From: Eledone cirrhosa
Lineage: Eukaryota
Reading direction: 5' to 3'
Length of the DNA stretch: 64,000 nt
Assembly (NCBI GenBank): GCA_964016885.1
Contig: OZ024741.1
Span: 392,956,001-393,020,000 of the forward strand
In this document: positions 14,274-26,687 of the stretch, piece after piece
Layout: each line of letters begins with the position of its first letter
Position numbering within the stretch: the first letter of the stretch is position 1
Notes under the pieces: generated by a model
The model's input: only the letters and a program-made list of their open reading frames with translations
Database searches by the model: none
What the model was told of the DNA's origin: nothing
Program-made: the position numbers and the translations under genes

Positions 14274-14292
14274 AATCCTATCGTCGACGCCA
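14274..14292 (-). promoter_or_regulatory. Primer binding site TGGCGTCGACGATAGGATT (tRNA-Ser-like)
   Basis: Complement reads AAT-CCTAT-CGTCGAC-G-CCA, the geometry of a tRNA 3' end with discriminator G; lies 8 nt downstream of the 5' LTR. Confidence 0.75.
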
Positions 14293-14300
14293 ATAAACTC

Positions 14301-14576
14301 TGTTGTATTCCTCTCGGTACTCGCAGAGAAAACACAACGAGTTATATCAAATAATTTGTGTAATTTGCGAAACAACCAAAACGCCCCTCCTCGCAGTAGC
14401 AGAATAACATAAAGTAAGTAAGTAGCAGTCTGTGACCGAGTTTTTAATACCAACGCTGACTGACTGCCCAGGTCACGTGATTCATATGCAAATGTGTGAG
14501 CACGTGTAAATTGAATAGAAATTTAACAGTCCATACAACAATGAGGTTGTGAGTTCGATTCCCAGTCCATACAACA
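14301..14576 (-). repeat. 5' LTR (276 bp)
   Basis: See 3' LTR. Confidence 0.97.
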
Positions 14577-16789
14577 AAACCCATGACCACCGAGTACCTA
14601 ATCCACCAGAACTCAGCTATCTCAGATAGGGCTAAGTTCAATATCTTGATAGCAGACCTGGTAAGATGATAAGAAATGTGTCCGGCATGTGCAATTCAAG
14701 AGAGTTAAAGAGACACATACAGCACTTTAGCCACCGCATGCAGTTCTCTGGTTATAATGAAAGATACAGGATCAGGGTGTACAAAGGAGCCATGGCTAAA
14801 TTCAAAACCTTTATGGAGAATGTTACGAATGAGATTTGCCCACTATACAGGAGCAAATCATGGAATAGAATAGAAAGGACTAAGAAAAAGATAGGGAAGG
14901 CCAACTCATGGTATGACAGCCAAAAATAACAGAGTGTCATGTTCGTCGATGCTACCACTAGAGGTGAACTAGCGTATCGTTTTAGAAGAAAAAATAAACC
15001 TTAGGATTATAGTAAAAAACCAGGAGCTACCATAAAATCCCAGATCAGTAGGACATACCCCTTTAGGAAACACCCATGTACTGATAGAAATTGTATAGTC
15101 TGTAAGATAAGCCCAAAGATAAACTTTAAAACTAGAAATGTAGTCTATAGGATAAAACGTACAGAGGGACGATGCAGAAACAAGACAACAACATACATAG
15201 AAGAGACAGCCCATAGTATAGGAGAGAGATCAAAGCAACACTGGCAAGAACTTAAGGAGGAGAAAAGCTCATCAGTGCTATACCAACATGCCAAACTAGA
15301 ACACGAGGAATCAATAGATAACCTAGAAATAAAGATCCAATCTACACATAGAACTGACGCAACACTCAGACAAGTTACTGAAGCTACTCACATAATAGAA
15401 GATAGTCCTAGTCTGAATAGAAAACACGAGTGGAATAGTAACAACTTGCATCTTAATGACTGTTCTGGTGGATTAGGTACTTGGTGGTCATGGGTTTGGT
15501 ATATTGTGAATAGGGGATTTAGGCTTAATCATTCCTAGTTTCCATCCAGAGTTCTATGTCTAACATAGAAGAGTAGTGGTTGTGTGGCGGATGTAACAAG
15601 ACAAAAAAAAAAGAATACACAAACAGCAAAACAGCAAACGATCCAAACCCACACACACATAAAATCACGAAGACATGACAAACACAAAAAGACATTCACA
15701 CACACACTCACACACACAGAGACGCCGATGCAAATGCTTGCACAGACACGAAACACAAATATACACCATAAAATAAACAAAAACAAGATGGAGTAGAAGT
15801 TTAAGACTAGGAAAAAGAGGAAACGCAAAACAGTTAATCATTGAAGAAGTCACAGAATGTGTGACAAAAGAAATTTGATAAACAATAAAGATAAAGTGAA
15901 AATTATATGGTGCATTTATGTTTTTTTTCTATTGGCAATATTGGCAACATGACTGTCCCCAAATATAACAATATATATATAACAATATATATATAGGGGT
16001 CGCGAAAAATAATTATACTTTATTTTCCGCTATAAACCCCGGCATCATTGACTGCCCTGCTACTGTATTACCAGAGTAGTTGTCTTTCCCGGCAACCAAC
16101 AGTTGCCTATGGTCGCCTCTGGCGAATGCATAAGACTTTTATTTGCTCTAGTAACGGACAAATTCCCGCTGAAATTCTTGTTAGTCCCAAGTTACATCAT
16201 AATTAACTGTTTTTTTTAGAATTTTTTTTATTAAAGTTGAAACCACAAGGGCCAGTAAGAAGTAAGTCTTTGTTTGGGTATTGACGCTTCATTGGTGTAT
16301 CGTATTGAGTTTGCTCAAATTTCAGAATTTATCCCTGTTATTATTGGGCAAGTCTGCGAGAGACTGATTCGAAAAAATATGTTATCGTACAATCTCTCTC
16401 TATATATATATATAGAGAGAGAGAGAACAACAAACCAAACTGCAAATACAGTCCCACCCAACCCCACTCCACCTAAAACCACTACAAAAACACCCACAAA
16501 CACAACAGCTCCCCAAAACATACCCCTTCCAAATAACACAGACACCACAACGGACGAGGCCCCCTCATCATCACCATGTGACGATGAGGGAGAGCTTCTC
16601 CGTTCGAAAAGAAAGAAGAAAAACACCACAAGAACAAAAAAGCAACAAACATCACTACAAACATACAACCACCAACACAAACAACACAAACACCTGCAAC
16701 AAAACAAAAGCTCACACAAGAACAACAGACAAAAACCAGCACAACACAACAAGAACATTACACATACATAAACAGTGACAACAAAACTT

Positions 16790-19700
16790 TAATGGAGGTC
16801 ATCTCCCACGACCCTTCGGTGAAAAACGAAGGGGAAACTTTTTCGAACTGTGCAGACAGATCCAATTTAAAGATGATTAGGGTCCCTACGGACACCTATA
16901 AGTCTTTAAAGGAAAACTTTCCTAAGGACGTGGGTAATCTTTGTGTTAAACCCATTAAACGCGTCCTTTTAAAATGTTTCCCCACCCTGACCCCAGACAC
17001 CCCCGCCCCATCAGACACCCCTCTCCACCAAACATCTCCGTCCCCACCCTGCCGGAAACCACCACCCACCCAGACAACCCCTCCAACACCCCCATGGAAA
17101 TCGTGCAGCCTGGTCACCAGGAGACGAAGAGGTGAGTGATTTCTTTTCCTCTTCTTTTAACTTTTAAGCACCAACATGGCCAATATAAGAGTTAGATGTG
17201 TGAATGTACGCGGCCTGGGGATGCCCTGGAAACAGGGCAAACTCTTAAACGACCTCAGGTCGCCCAGTATGGATGTAGTAGCCATTTGCGAGTCCAGGAT
17301 CCACAGCGAACGACAGCTGGCCCCCATCTTCGACGACTTTGAGATCTACGCATCTCTCTGTCAGCCGGGAGGTGGGGGCGGGGTTGCCGTTTTGCTGCGG
17401 AAACACCTGGACCTCGTAACACAGGCGATACATCTGGACCCGGAGGGTCGACTGGTGGTCCTAGACGTTGACGGTAGTGAAGGGGGAGCCTTCAGGCTGG
17501 TGGCTGCATATGCCCCATCCGGGACACCGCGGCCAGACTTCTTCAAACGTCTAGAGACTTTTCTGGGAACGTCCCGCTCCTTGCTTTTAGTGGGAGACTG
17601 GAATAGAATCCTAGATGCACGTTGGGACTATGTGGGAGCATGTCCCGATAAAGGCGGGTGTAACAGCCTCAAACAGTTAATCGGCTGATTTGACCTGGCC
17701 GATAGATATCGACTAGATTTTCTGACTGTGCCACTGTGGATGTGGACTAATCGCAGCGGAACATCTAGATCGTACCTAGATAGGGTTCTAATTAGAAATA
17801 AAGATAGGGGCATGTTAAGCTGTCCACAAATGTTCATGGTTGCCTATTCAGATCACAAACTAGTGTCCTGCATGGTCAACCTTGATAGAACCCATAGACA
17901 AGGACCCGGCTACTGGAAGCTAAACTTGTCGTTACCGACATGCAAAGCCTACAGTAGATGGATTAGCACTTTAGTTAAACAGCACTTGACAGGGGCCATT
18001 GTCAACAACAGATGGTGGTACTCTCTCAAGAGGGCAGTTAGATTAGACTCGTTAGTTTTAAGTAAAGAATTAGCGTTAAATAGAAATATGACCGAGAAGG
18101 AACTGATAGATAAAGTAGAAGAGGCAATTAGAAGTGGCAACATAGCCAGCGTGCTAGCAACGAGAACGGCCTTGGAACAGTTCTTCGACGCAAAGCACGA
18201 GGGCTGCGTTGTCAGAAGCAAAATATGTGTTCTGGGCAACGAGGGAGCCAAAGCTGTTAGCTGGGCCCGGGTGACGGAGGCAAAAAGCGGCAAGAAGTCC
18301 ACGATTCGATCTTTGAAGGACCAAGACGGACGCGTGATACGTGAGCCGAAGCAGATGTGCGCAGCCTTTCAGCGGCACTTTGCTCGGGAGGGGCTATGGA
18401 TTTCGGTCCATACCTCGACGGCCTACCGCGACTCTCGGACAGCGGGGCGAAGTTCTGCGAAAGGCCGATTTCAGCCGCTGAGATAGGAGACGCGCTGAGC
18501 CAATGCGGCAAACGCAAATCTCCAGGTCTCGACGGTCTATCGTACTAATTTTACGTAGCAATGCCGGACTTGTTCTCCGGTCTCCTGGAATCGGTCTACT
18601 GCAACTGGCAGCAAAACAGGAGAATTCCCCGTTCTGTGACCAGGGGCGTAGTCACACTAGTCAGGAAGGACGAGAATAAGGGGGATTACATAGGCAACTT
18701 CCGGCCCATAACTCTGCTAAACACAGAGTTATAGATTTTGGCCAAGGTGTTTGCAAAGAGGCTGGCGCGTGTCGTCGAAAACCTGGTGGGAGAAGCGCAG
18801 ACATGCGCAATCCCGACCAGGTCCATACACGACAACCTCCACCTCATGTGATACATCATAGAGCGGGTAAGGTGTAAACCCGGCTTCGGTGGGGCCCGAC
18901 TCGTCTCGCTGACCGAACTGCAGTCCTGGGTCAAGCAAACACCGAGGAAAATGGGCGACTGGCACATCGAATGTGCTCAGGCGCTCACAGCCCTCTAGCA
19001 GGCGGACCCGGAGATCAGTGGAGACTCCGCTTCGTCATTCTATAGAGGGTTGATCCGCAGCAAGTGCGATGACGCGCTCGGAGAAGCTCTGGGCGTAGAG
19101 GAAGACGAACTGGCCAGTCTGTTCGGTAGGACCTTCCGCCCGGGACCGATGGACAACTTCCAAAAGTCCCTGGCCTGGCAGTGCTACCGAGGAGCTCTAC
19201 CAGTTCGAGACAAGCTCTACAGACATGGGCGCTCGGACAATGTCCCTTCGAAAAAGATCGCGTGCGAGACGAAGAAACCGTCGCGCACGCATTCATACAC
19301 TGGCCGGGCGTTACCGACCTGTGGGGCTATGTAGAACGACTATTGTCGCGGGTGGGACCAATCCGGTTGACCACCGAGTCTATTGTCATGATCAAACCAC
19401 CGTCCTCCTTCAAAAACGAAGGGGAGGCGGTTTTCATTTGTGTGATAGCTATGGCGAAAGAGGTTGTATGGTGGACAAGGTTAAAAGGGCTGAGGTCAGA
19501 CACCTTTCTCTCCGGCCAACAACTGATTCTTTTTTTCAAATACCACTTTGGGAGAAGAATCAGGATGGAGAGAGAGGTGCTGTACCCCAGCAAGTTTTAT
19601 GAAAGGTGGGTGAAAGTGGCGAGAATGGCCCGAGTGAATGGGCCTTCTCTCTATATCAGCCTGTAGGTTGAGGAAAAAGAGGAAGAGAGGAAAGGGGTAC

Positions 19701-19903
19701 AAACTCTTCGTACTCCAGGAGATGAGGGTTGCACATTTTTTCGGGGGTATGTGTTACTCATATGAAATGTCTCCCCCTATTGGGGAAAATCGATTAACTT
19801 TTAAATTGCATTTGTGATAATATTTTACACGTTTTTATTGTATGTAAACTTCCCCCTTTGTATTTGTCCCCTTATTCTGTGCCCCTGTGGCTAATAAAGA
19901 AAC
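16790..19903 (+). mobile_element. Tx1/L1-clade LINE, decayed, with internal deletion in RT
   Basis: Pro-rich ORF1 end; ORF2 APE from 17176 (CVNVRGL, GDWN, SRSYLDRV, SDH, GPGYWKLN); RT start (KSPGLDG, NFRPITLLN) jumps at ~18897 to the C-terminal region (ALPVRDKL, ETVAHAF); AATAAA at ~19893, then microsatellite. Confidence 0.9.
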
Positions 19904-20039
19904 ATATCTATCTATCTATATATATATATAAATATATATATACACACACTACTGGGTGGCTTGATACTCAGACCAAGGGGACCAGTTTTCAAAAAGAGCT
20001 CAATGTGTGATGTATGGATGATTGGAGATACGAACATTT

Positions 20040-21000
20040 CGTTTATATTATCGATGCTCTGAACAGAAGTTATTGAGGATTGAACTGGGAAACTTTATCG
20101 ATATATATTTTATATGTTTTGATTAAACCTAAAATGGAAGTATAGCACAATTTTACACCTAGGTGTATGTATTTAAATTTGTATCTAAATTTAAATATTA
20201 TTTGTTCTATGTACTAATTTTATGTAATAACAATGGTTTATTATTCACAGTTATATAAATAACATTACAAATAAAAAAGAAGTTATTCAATGATAGAAAT
20301 ATGAAAAACAAAATTAAGTAATTAGAAAGGGGAAATGGGTATGGAAGGGCAGATCTGGCTGCATGGGAAAGTAGAAGAAAGGATTAAAAATGCCATGAGA
20401 GGAAAAGGAGGGAAAAAGCAAGAACTATTGGGCCCCATAAGAGAGGGGGGAGGGAAAGGAAGAGGATAATGAGCTCTGGGCCTAGTGGAGGGCGGTGTTT
20501 GGGCTGCACCGCACGGACAAAACTGTAAAGGCGTTTCTACGGTCAATGGCCAGCGACACCCGCTGCAACAGCCATCCCACCTCACGGGGCTCCTTCTTAG
20601 ACGGGCTGCTGACGTTCCGATTTTGAGGAGCTCGACAGTATGGGGTCCGAGGACGCCTGAGATCTCGACGGCAACCAGTGTGGGCTGCAGTACCGGAGTT
20701 TGTGGCTGAAGTGACTATGTTGGAGGTGGAGAACGTATCACAACATGTGGCATCCCAGATGAGGCATTTACCTCCATCAACTGGGAAGAGAGCAATTCCG
20801 TCGGGACGTTTGTCGTCTCCACGGTCGAGGCATGCTGGCTCTAGTTGTGGTGGGAAGCCAGCTGCACTAGTTTGTTTCTCAATTGATATATCCAATTATA
20901 TATGGTTTATATTATAGATGCTCTGAACAAAAGTTTATTGATCTTTGTACTGAGAAACTTTATCGATATATATTTTATATGTATTGATTAAGCCTAAATC
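20040..21000 (+). repeat. Two diverged ~95-bp direct repeats (20040-20135, 20905-21000) flanking a CRE fragment
   Basis: Shared GATGCTCTGAACA..GAAACTTTATCGATATATATTTTATATGT..TTGATTAA.CCTAAA. Confidence 0.7.
20320..20868 (-). mobile_element. CRE-like non-LTR element 3' fragment (RLE endonuclease)
   Basis: LEPACLDRGDDKRPDGIALFP..GKCLIWDATCCDT. Confidence 0.85.
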
Positions 21001-21088
21001 TACAGGACTAGAACTGTTTCATTCGAAGGAAATCATCATGGGCTTTCCTTGTGATTTCTTTCGAATGAAACAGTTCTATTCCTGTAGA
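20999..21088. repeat. ~90-bp imperfect hairpin
   Basis: TCTACAGGACTAGAACTGTTTCATTCGAAGGAAATCA pairs with TGATTTCTTTCGAATGAAACAGTTCTATTCCTGTAGA. Confidence 0.85.
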
Positions 21089-21172
21089 AGCTATTTCTAT
21101 ATTAAATATTTATATGCACTGAGTACTTTACTGTAGTTACCCCCGACTGAACCCGGGATACACACACACACA

Positions 21173-21260
<88 letters not shown>

Positions 21261-21279
21261 TGTATGTATGTATGTATGT

Positions 21280-21359
<80 letters not shown>

Positions 21360-21401
21360 TGAGTCCAGTTGTTTTTTAAAGAAATATATATCTTTAAATT
21401 A

Positions 21402-21705
21402 CCAGAGGGGACCAAACTCCTCAAATACCGGTCGCTCTCCGACAGGTTTGCGGTCGTACCCCTGGCAGTGGAGACTTCTGGTGCCCTCGGCTCCAGGGCT
21501 ACCTCCTTACTCACCACCAAGGCGTTGAGCTGGCCAGCCGCAGGTGTGAGCCCCGTGAGTTGGAGTAGCTTTTCCAGCGCGTCTCCCTTGCCGTCCACCG
21601 GGGAAACGCCTTCTCCATTATGTCCGCCGGAGCTGTGGGTGGGCCCCATCACGTACCGTTGTAGTTGACGTAGAAGAAACAGGAAGACAACAACTGGAAA
21701 ACACC
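21402..21705 (+). mobile_element. CRE-like 3' fragment
   Basis: [29 protein letters not shown]; near-identical to 43340-43620 on the minus strand. Confidence 0.85.
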
Positions 21706-21707
21706 AT

Positions 21708-21764
<57 letters not shown>

Positions 21765-22208
21765 TATATGCATATATACATATATATATATATATACACA
21801 TCTATATTTAATCAACACTGCTGGATAATTCCCTAATAAATGGTGTTACATTATTAATCGTTTCTATCATACTTCTACAGTACTGGAACATTGTAATATA
21901 AATTATTGTGCTGTTCAGCACCCTTAATCAAAGAGCAGCTAATTGTTTCGAAAAGCCTAATACATCAGTGATAATGGATAAGCTTTCAGTGCCTTGTGGG
22001 ATAATGATCGTCTAGTAATTTATTAGCGTTTGACTTGTCACAACAGGGGTTGTGTTTTCTTTCACCGTGTGCATTAATTTCAGTAGCCATGTTTGAAGGA
22101 TAAAATAGACAAAATTTTATGTAATGAAACGCTGTAATTAGATACTCTCTCACGCTCGCTCATGCACACTCACTCTCATTCTTAACCACCCTTTCTTCAC
22201 CCTCTCTA

Positions 22209-22298
<90 letters not shown>

Positions 22299-22309
22299 TA
22301 AATATATAT

Positions 22310-22403
<94 letters not shown>

Positions 22404-23329
22404 CTCTCCCTCTCTCACTTACTGACACAAAATGGTATTTTATCGTACCGGCGCCGAAAAACGTGCCCTCGTAGTCTTGTGGCTCTTTAATTTGCGAGTC
22501 TCTCTGCTCATTTGCCAAATAGAATGGCGTTAGCATCTAATCACTTATCTGCATCGATATGCGCATTGAATTAATATAAATAAAGATATGTTAAAAATAG
22601 ATTAAAGAGATTAAACCTTATTCTCTCACCACTCCCATCACATTAAGCCTCTTAACGAGGAGTATTTCATGTTACCGATAAGATTATCTACTTTCACATA
22701 TTTGTCAATATATATTTGACATATATCCTGAAGACTCGCCTACTTTGATATAAATTTAAAGAAAAAAAATGAGCCAGGCTTGTGTAGCCAAATGTATTTA
22801 CGTATTATATTGTACACTTGGATTTCAATATAGAACCTTTATATAGACAAGGACATAATTCTTGATTGCGATGATTAATATCAATCACTGTGTATGTTGT
22901 CGTTTATCTATACAACTACAGCAATAAAATAATTACTGTTTGTGCCTATTCCAATACAATATCCACAAATAAAACAATAACATTTGTTGACACACACACC
23001 AAAAACAAAAATATTACAATATTTCATTTTCATCTCTTTCATTTGAGAATTCCTGATGGAATTAACGTTTCCTTTCATCATTTCAATTAGGACCAGTCTT
23101 CCAATTCAACAATAACACATCCCACAAATAGTGATTACACATAAAAAATCAATATTTCCAAAATAGATGTAGGCGCCTAAAATTAGCATGTACGTATCTA
23201 TGATTTGAATTCTCTACTTAATTGTGGTTATTTTATTTCAGAAATACAATTAAAAACAATTAAAAACGAAGTTGATGAGAGCTTGGCCAGTTAGGAAGAT
23301 TGTTGTCCTCAATCTTTTTAGATGAGTCA

Positions 23330-23960
23330 ACTGTAGAGATTCTTTTGCCATAGCTGCCATAGCTTCCAAGCAGAGGAAGAGTAACCGTGCCTCTATTATA
23401 AAAAGTAGTGGTTCAATTATCATTATAGATTCAGCTGATAGATGGTGATAGTTTTTTGTTTGTTTGGTTTTTTACACAAGCCCACAACTCTGCAATGCAC
23501 GGGTTCTGGGTGATAGCATGGCGGATGCCCTGCGTGCATCTCGAACAGATCTGTTTTTTGACATCTCAAACTAGTACTTCTCTATAGTACTACCATGCCA
23601 AATATCTTTGGAAATTGTCCATAATCCCTGATCTGAAAGTCCTCACATTGTCCTCGTCAACACCCAGTGCCGCTCTTAGGCCATCCTCGTTCACACCTTC
23701 TATTAACCCTCTATAGAACGCAAGTGTAGTTATCTGGCGGCGGTCTGTCATGTTGTCCAGCTTGTAAAGGTCTGTGAGTGCTGGTAGCACTCTAGAGTAC
23801 TCTGAAATCCAGTCGCCAAGGAGACAACTTGTAGATAAACATGTCGCACGAAATGCACACACACTGGTTGGGCTACACTTTCATTGTCTTTATTGTGGTA
23901 CTTGATGTAATACTGCACGCGCCCAAGCCGAAGTGTGTGTCTGCACACGATGAGTGATGG
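23330..23960 (-). pseudogene. Old Tx1-clade ORF2 C-terminal fragment
   Basis: FYRGLIEG..ALGVDED..FRSGIMDNFQRYLAW, homologous to ~19040-19180. Confidence 0.7.
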
Positions 23961-23984
23961 TATCTTGTGGCCACCATAATATTG

Positions 23985-24197
23985 TGTAAAATTGGCACAA
24001 GGCCAAACATTTTTTGGAAGGAGGGCGTTGATTATATTGATACCAGTACTTAACTAGTACATTATTTTATTGACCAGGATGGTTGAAAGACAAAGTTGAC
24101 CTCGACGGTATTTGAACTCAGAACGTAGAAAGCCGTAACTAAAAGCTACAAAACATTTTGTCCGCTGTCCCACCGTAACAGCCAATCATTCGCCCAA
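23985..24197 (-). mobile_element. SINE (abundant family, tRNA-like head)
   Basis: GGCACAAGGCC..TACT..ATTTTATTGACC..GAAAG.CAAAGTTGACCTC..TTTGAACTCAG, shared with more than 10 copies in the window. Confidence 0.8.
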
Positions 24198-24354
24198 TAA
24201 TAATAATAATAATAATAATTGGTGAATGTATGGTTACATAACCACCGGTGATTTCATCCCCTCCGGTGATTTCATCACCCTCAGTGATTTTAGCGTGGCA
24301 CTATCACGCTGTAGACGAACATAAATAAACAAACAAACAAATAGGTAAACTGAC

Positions 24355-26544
24355 TTGAGTATCACAGTTGAAACTCTTAAGGGACAGGCCAAAAAACTAA
24401 CCAACTGGAAATCACCAGGCCCAGATGGTGTGCAGGGGTATTGGATTAAAAATGTAACATCCCTCCACCCGAAACTGACAACCATGTTCAATGACTTCTT
24501 GATGTCAGGTGAGGTACCAGAGTGGTTGACAAAAGGTACCACAGTTCTGGTAATGAAAGACCGAATCAAGGGTAATGATGTTACCAACTATAGACCTATC
24601 ACATGTCTGTCCGTAATGTGGAAACTGTTGACAAGCATTGTGTCTGAGGAAATCTACCATCACCTCCACATAAACAACTTGTTACCGGACGAACAGAAAG
24701 TATGCCGAAAGAAGTCCCGTGGTACAAAGGACCAGTTACTTATTGATAAGATGGTAATGAGGAATTGCAAGAGAAGACACACTGGTCTTGCCGTGGGATG
24801 GATAGACTACAAAAAGGCATTTGACATGGTGCCTCATTCTTGGATCACCAAAATCCTAGAGATCTTCAAGGTGGCAGATAACATCAGACAGTTGTTGAGC
24901 AAAAGTATGAAGTCCTGGAAAACAGAGTTAACATCAGCTGGAGAATCGTTGGGAGGCGTGAAGATCAAGAGAGGCATCTTCCAGGGAGATAGTCTGTCCT
25001 CTCTGTTGTTTGTCCTTGCCCTGATGCCTCTGACCATTATACTGCGAAAAGTGAGAACAGCATACAAGTTGGGAAAGGGAGAGCTTACCATCAATCACCT
25101 CCTCTTCATGGACGATCTTAAGCTCTTCGGGAAGAGTGAGAAGGAGTTGGATGTGCTTGTTGACACTGTCCGTATTTTCAGCAATGATATATGTATGCAA
25201 TTTGGTATTAGTAAGTGTGGAGTCCTTGTGATGAAGAGGGGTAAATTGAGCAGAAGCAACGGAATCCAGGTACTAACAGGTGAGATGATAAAGGAAATTG
25301 ACACTGAAAAAGGATACAAGTATTTGGGTATTCTGGAGGCTGATGACATCAAGAACAAAAAAATGAAGGAACTGATAAGATCTGAATACATTCGAAGAGT
25401 AAGGAGCGTATTAAAGTCACATCTGAACAGTAGGAATGCCATAAATGCAGTAAATTCCCGAGCTGTGTCTATTATTAGGTACAGTGCGGGAATTCTGAGA
25501 TGGAATGTTGCTGAACAAAAAGAAATGGATAGGAAGACTAGGAAGCTATTGACTATCTACAACATGTTCCACAAGAGGAGTGAAGTCGATAGACTCTACT
25601 TAAGGAGATCTGAAGGTGCAAGAGGTCTTATCAACATAGAGGACTGTGTTCAGATGGAGAAAAATAGCCTACACAAATACGTGACCGATAGTAAGGAGCC
25701 AATGCTCAGAATTGTACTGAAGGAGAGGACAATAGACCAGGGGATGTCCAAGGAGGAAATAACAAAGAGGAGAAAGAGCAACCTTCATGAAAAATCCCTT
25801 CATAGTACCTTCTTTGAGAAAACAGAATTCAGAGATCCACAGACATGGAACTGGTTGAGAAGAGGAGACCTTAAAAAGGCTACAGAAGGAATGCTAATGG
25901 ATGCGCAAGAGCAGGCCCTCGAAACGAAGTGGCTTAAACACCATATTTACAAGGAGGAGGCTAGCTCACTGTGTAGGATCTGTGGAGAGAGAGAGGAGAC
26001 TGTGGCTCACATTGTATCCGAGTGTAAACACCTAGCCCAGACTCACTATAAGGGCTGGAGACATGATGTGATGGGCAGGGTGATCCACTGGCACCTATGC
26101 AAAGTAAACAATTTACCACATTCTGAGAAGTGGTATGAGCATAAGCCAGAGTCGGTGATAGAAAACGATCAGGTGAAGGTGCTATGGGATTTTAGGATAC
26201 AGACGGACAAGAAACTGGAACACAATAGACCTGACCTGGTGGTTTTGGACAAGGAAAAAAGATCGTGCCTGATTGTGGATGTGGTCTGCCCATTCGACAC
26301 GAGAGTGCAAGAGAAGGAGAGGGAGAAAATTAACCGATACCAGGACTTAAAGTGGGAGGTAAAAAGGATTTGGAACTGCCATGAAGTCAAAGTCGTCCCA
26401 GTTGTCATAGGCGCATCAGGTACTATCTCAAAAAGTTTCCAGGGATGGTTAAAGAAAATTAGCCCCGCCCCGCTTTTTGGAACACTTCAAAAGGCATGCT
26501 TGCTGGGAACAGCAAGAACTCTCCGATACGTCCTGAATATCTGA
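24355..26544 (+). CDS. R4/Dong-clade non-LTR retrotransposon RT + CCHC + RLE, 5'-truncated but uninterrupted (729 aa)
   Basis: KSPGPDG, NYRPITCL, WIDYKKAFDMVPH, GIFQGDSLS, LFMDDLKLF, CRICGEREETVAHIVSEC, RHD, NRPDLVVLD, EKINRYQDL; short 3'UTR then (TAA)n. Confidence 0.93.
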   Translation: MSITVETLKGQAKKLTNWKSPGPDGVQGYWIKNVTSLHPKLTTMFNDFLMSGEVPEWLTKGTTVLVMKDRIKGNDVTNYRPITCLSVMWKLLTSIVSEEIYHHLHINNLLPDEQKVCRKKSRGTKDQLLIDKMVMRNCKRRHTGLAVGWIDYKKAFDMVPHSWITKILEIFKVADNIRQLLSKSMKSWKTELTSAGESLGGVKIKRGIFQGDSLSSLLFVLALMPLTIILRKVRTAYKLGKGELTINHLLFMDDLKLFGKSEKELDVLVDTVRIFSNDICMQFGISKCGVLVMKRGKLSRSNGIQVLTGEMIKEIDTEKGYKYLGILEADDIKNKKMKELIRSEYIRRVRSVLKSHLNSRNAINAVNSRAVSIIRYSAGILRWNVAEQKEMDRKTRKLLTIYNMFHKRSEVDRLYLRRSEGARGLINIEDCVQMEKNSLHKYVTDSKEPMLRIVLKERTIDQGMSKEEITKRRKSNLHEKSLHSTFFEKTEFRDPQTWNWLRRGDLKKATEGMLMDAQEQALETKWLKHHIYKEEASSLCRICGEREETVAHIVSECKHLAQTHYKGWRHDVMGRVIHWHLCKVNNLPHSEKWYEHKPESVIENDQVKVLWDFRIQTDKKLEHNRPDLVVLDKEKRSCLIVDVVCPFDTRVQEKEREKINRYQDLKWEVKRIWNCHEVKVVPVVIGASGTISKSFQGWLKKISPAPLFGTLQKACLLGTARTLRYVLNI

Positions 26545-26606
26545 GGCTGCAGGTAGTGGCTTGATATTCATTCCAACAAACTTTCCAGTTAAATAACCTC
26601 AAAGAA

Positions 26607-26607
26607 C

Positions 26608-26663
<56 letters not shown>

Positions 26664-26687
26664 TGATGATGATGATAATAATAATGA
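26607..26687. repeat. (TAA)n/(TGA)n microsatellite shared by the 3' ends of Dong and Tx1
   Basis: Direct reading; a matching (TAA)n lies upstream at ~24197-24218. Confidence 0.95.

Larger units (their letters stand above)
9689..14576 (-). mobile_element. Full-length Ty3/Gypsy LTR retrotransposon (Mag/K02A2.6-like)
   Basis: TG..CA LTRs at 9689-9964 and 14301-14576; 5-bp TSD AAACC (9684-9688, 14577-14581); PPT next to the 3' LTR; PBS; domain order gag-PR-RT-RH-IN. Confidence 0.97.
9581..15900 (+). mobile_element. 5'-truncated Penelope-like element (GIY-YIG end, 3'UTR, inverted 5' segment) interrupted by the Gypsy insertion
   Basis: GIY-YIG-like NVVYRIK..TYIEETAHSIGER..H..LYQH..LRQVTEATHI..LNRKHEW at ~14640-15455; 9581-9688 joined to 14582-14612 is the reverse complement of ~15462-15599; degenerate HHR-like TTGAAGA..stem..AAAA at ~15841-15870 followed by AATAAA. 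Confidence 0.8.

Noticed and set aside
14238-14453. N-terminal extension of the 709-aa ORF
   Set aside because: Runs through the LTR and PBS; the real Gag start is probably MAEQQ at 14237.
16274-16778. Pro/Thr/Lys-rich ORFs
   Set aside because: Low-complexity A/C-rich sequence; at most a LINE ORF1 relic.
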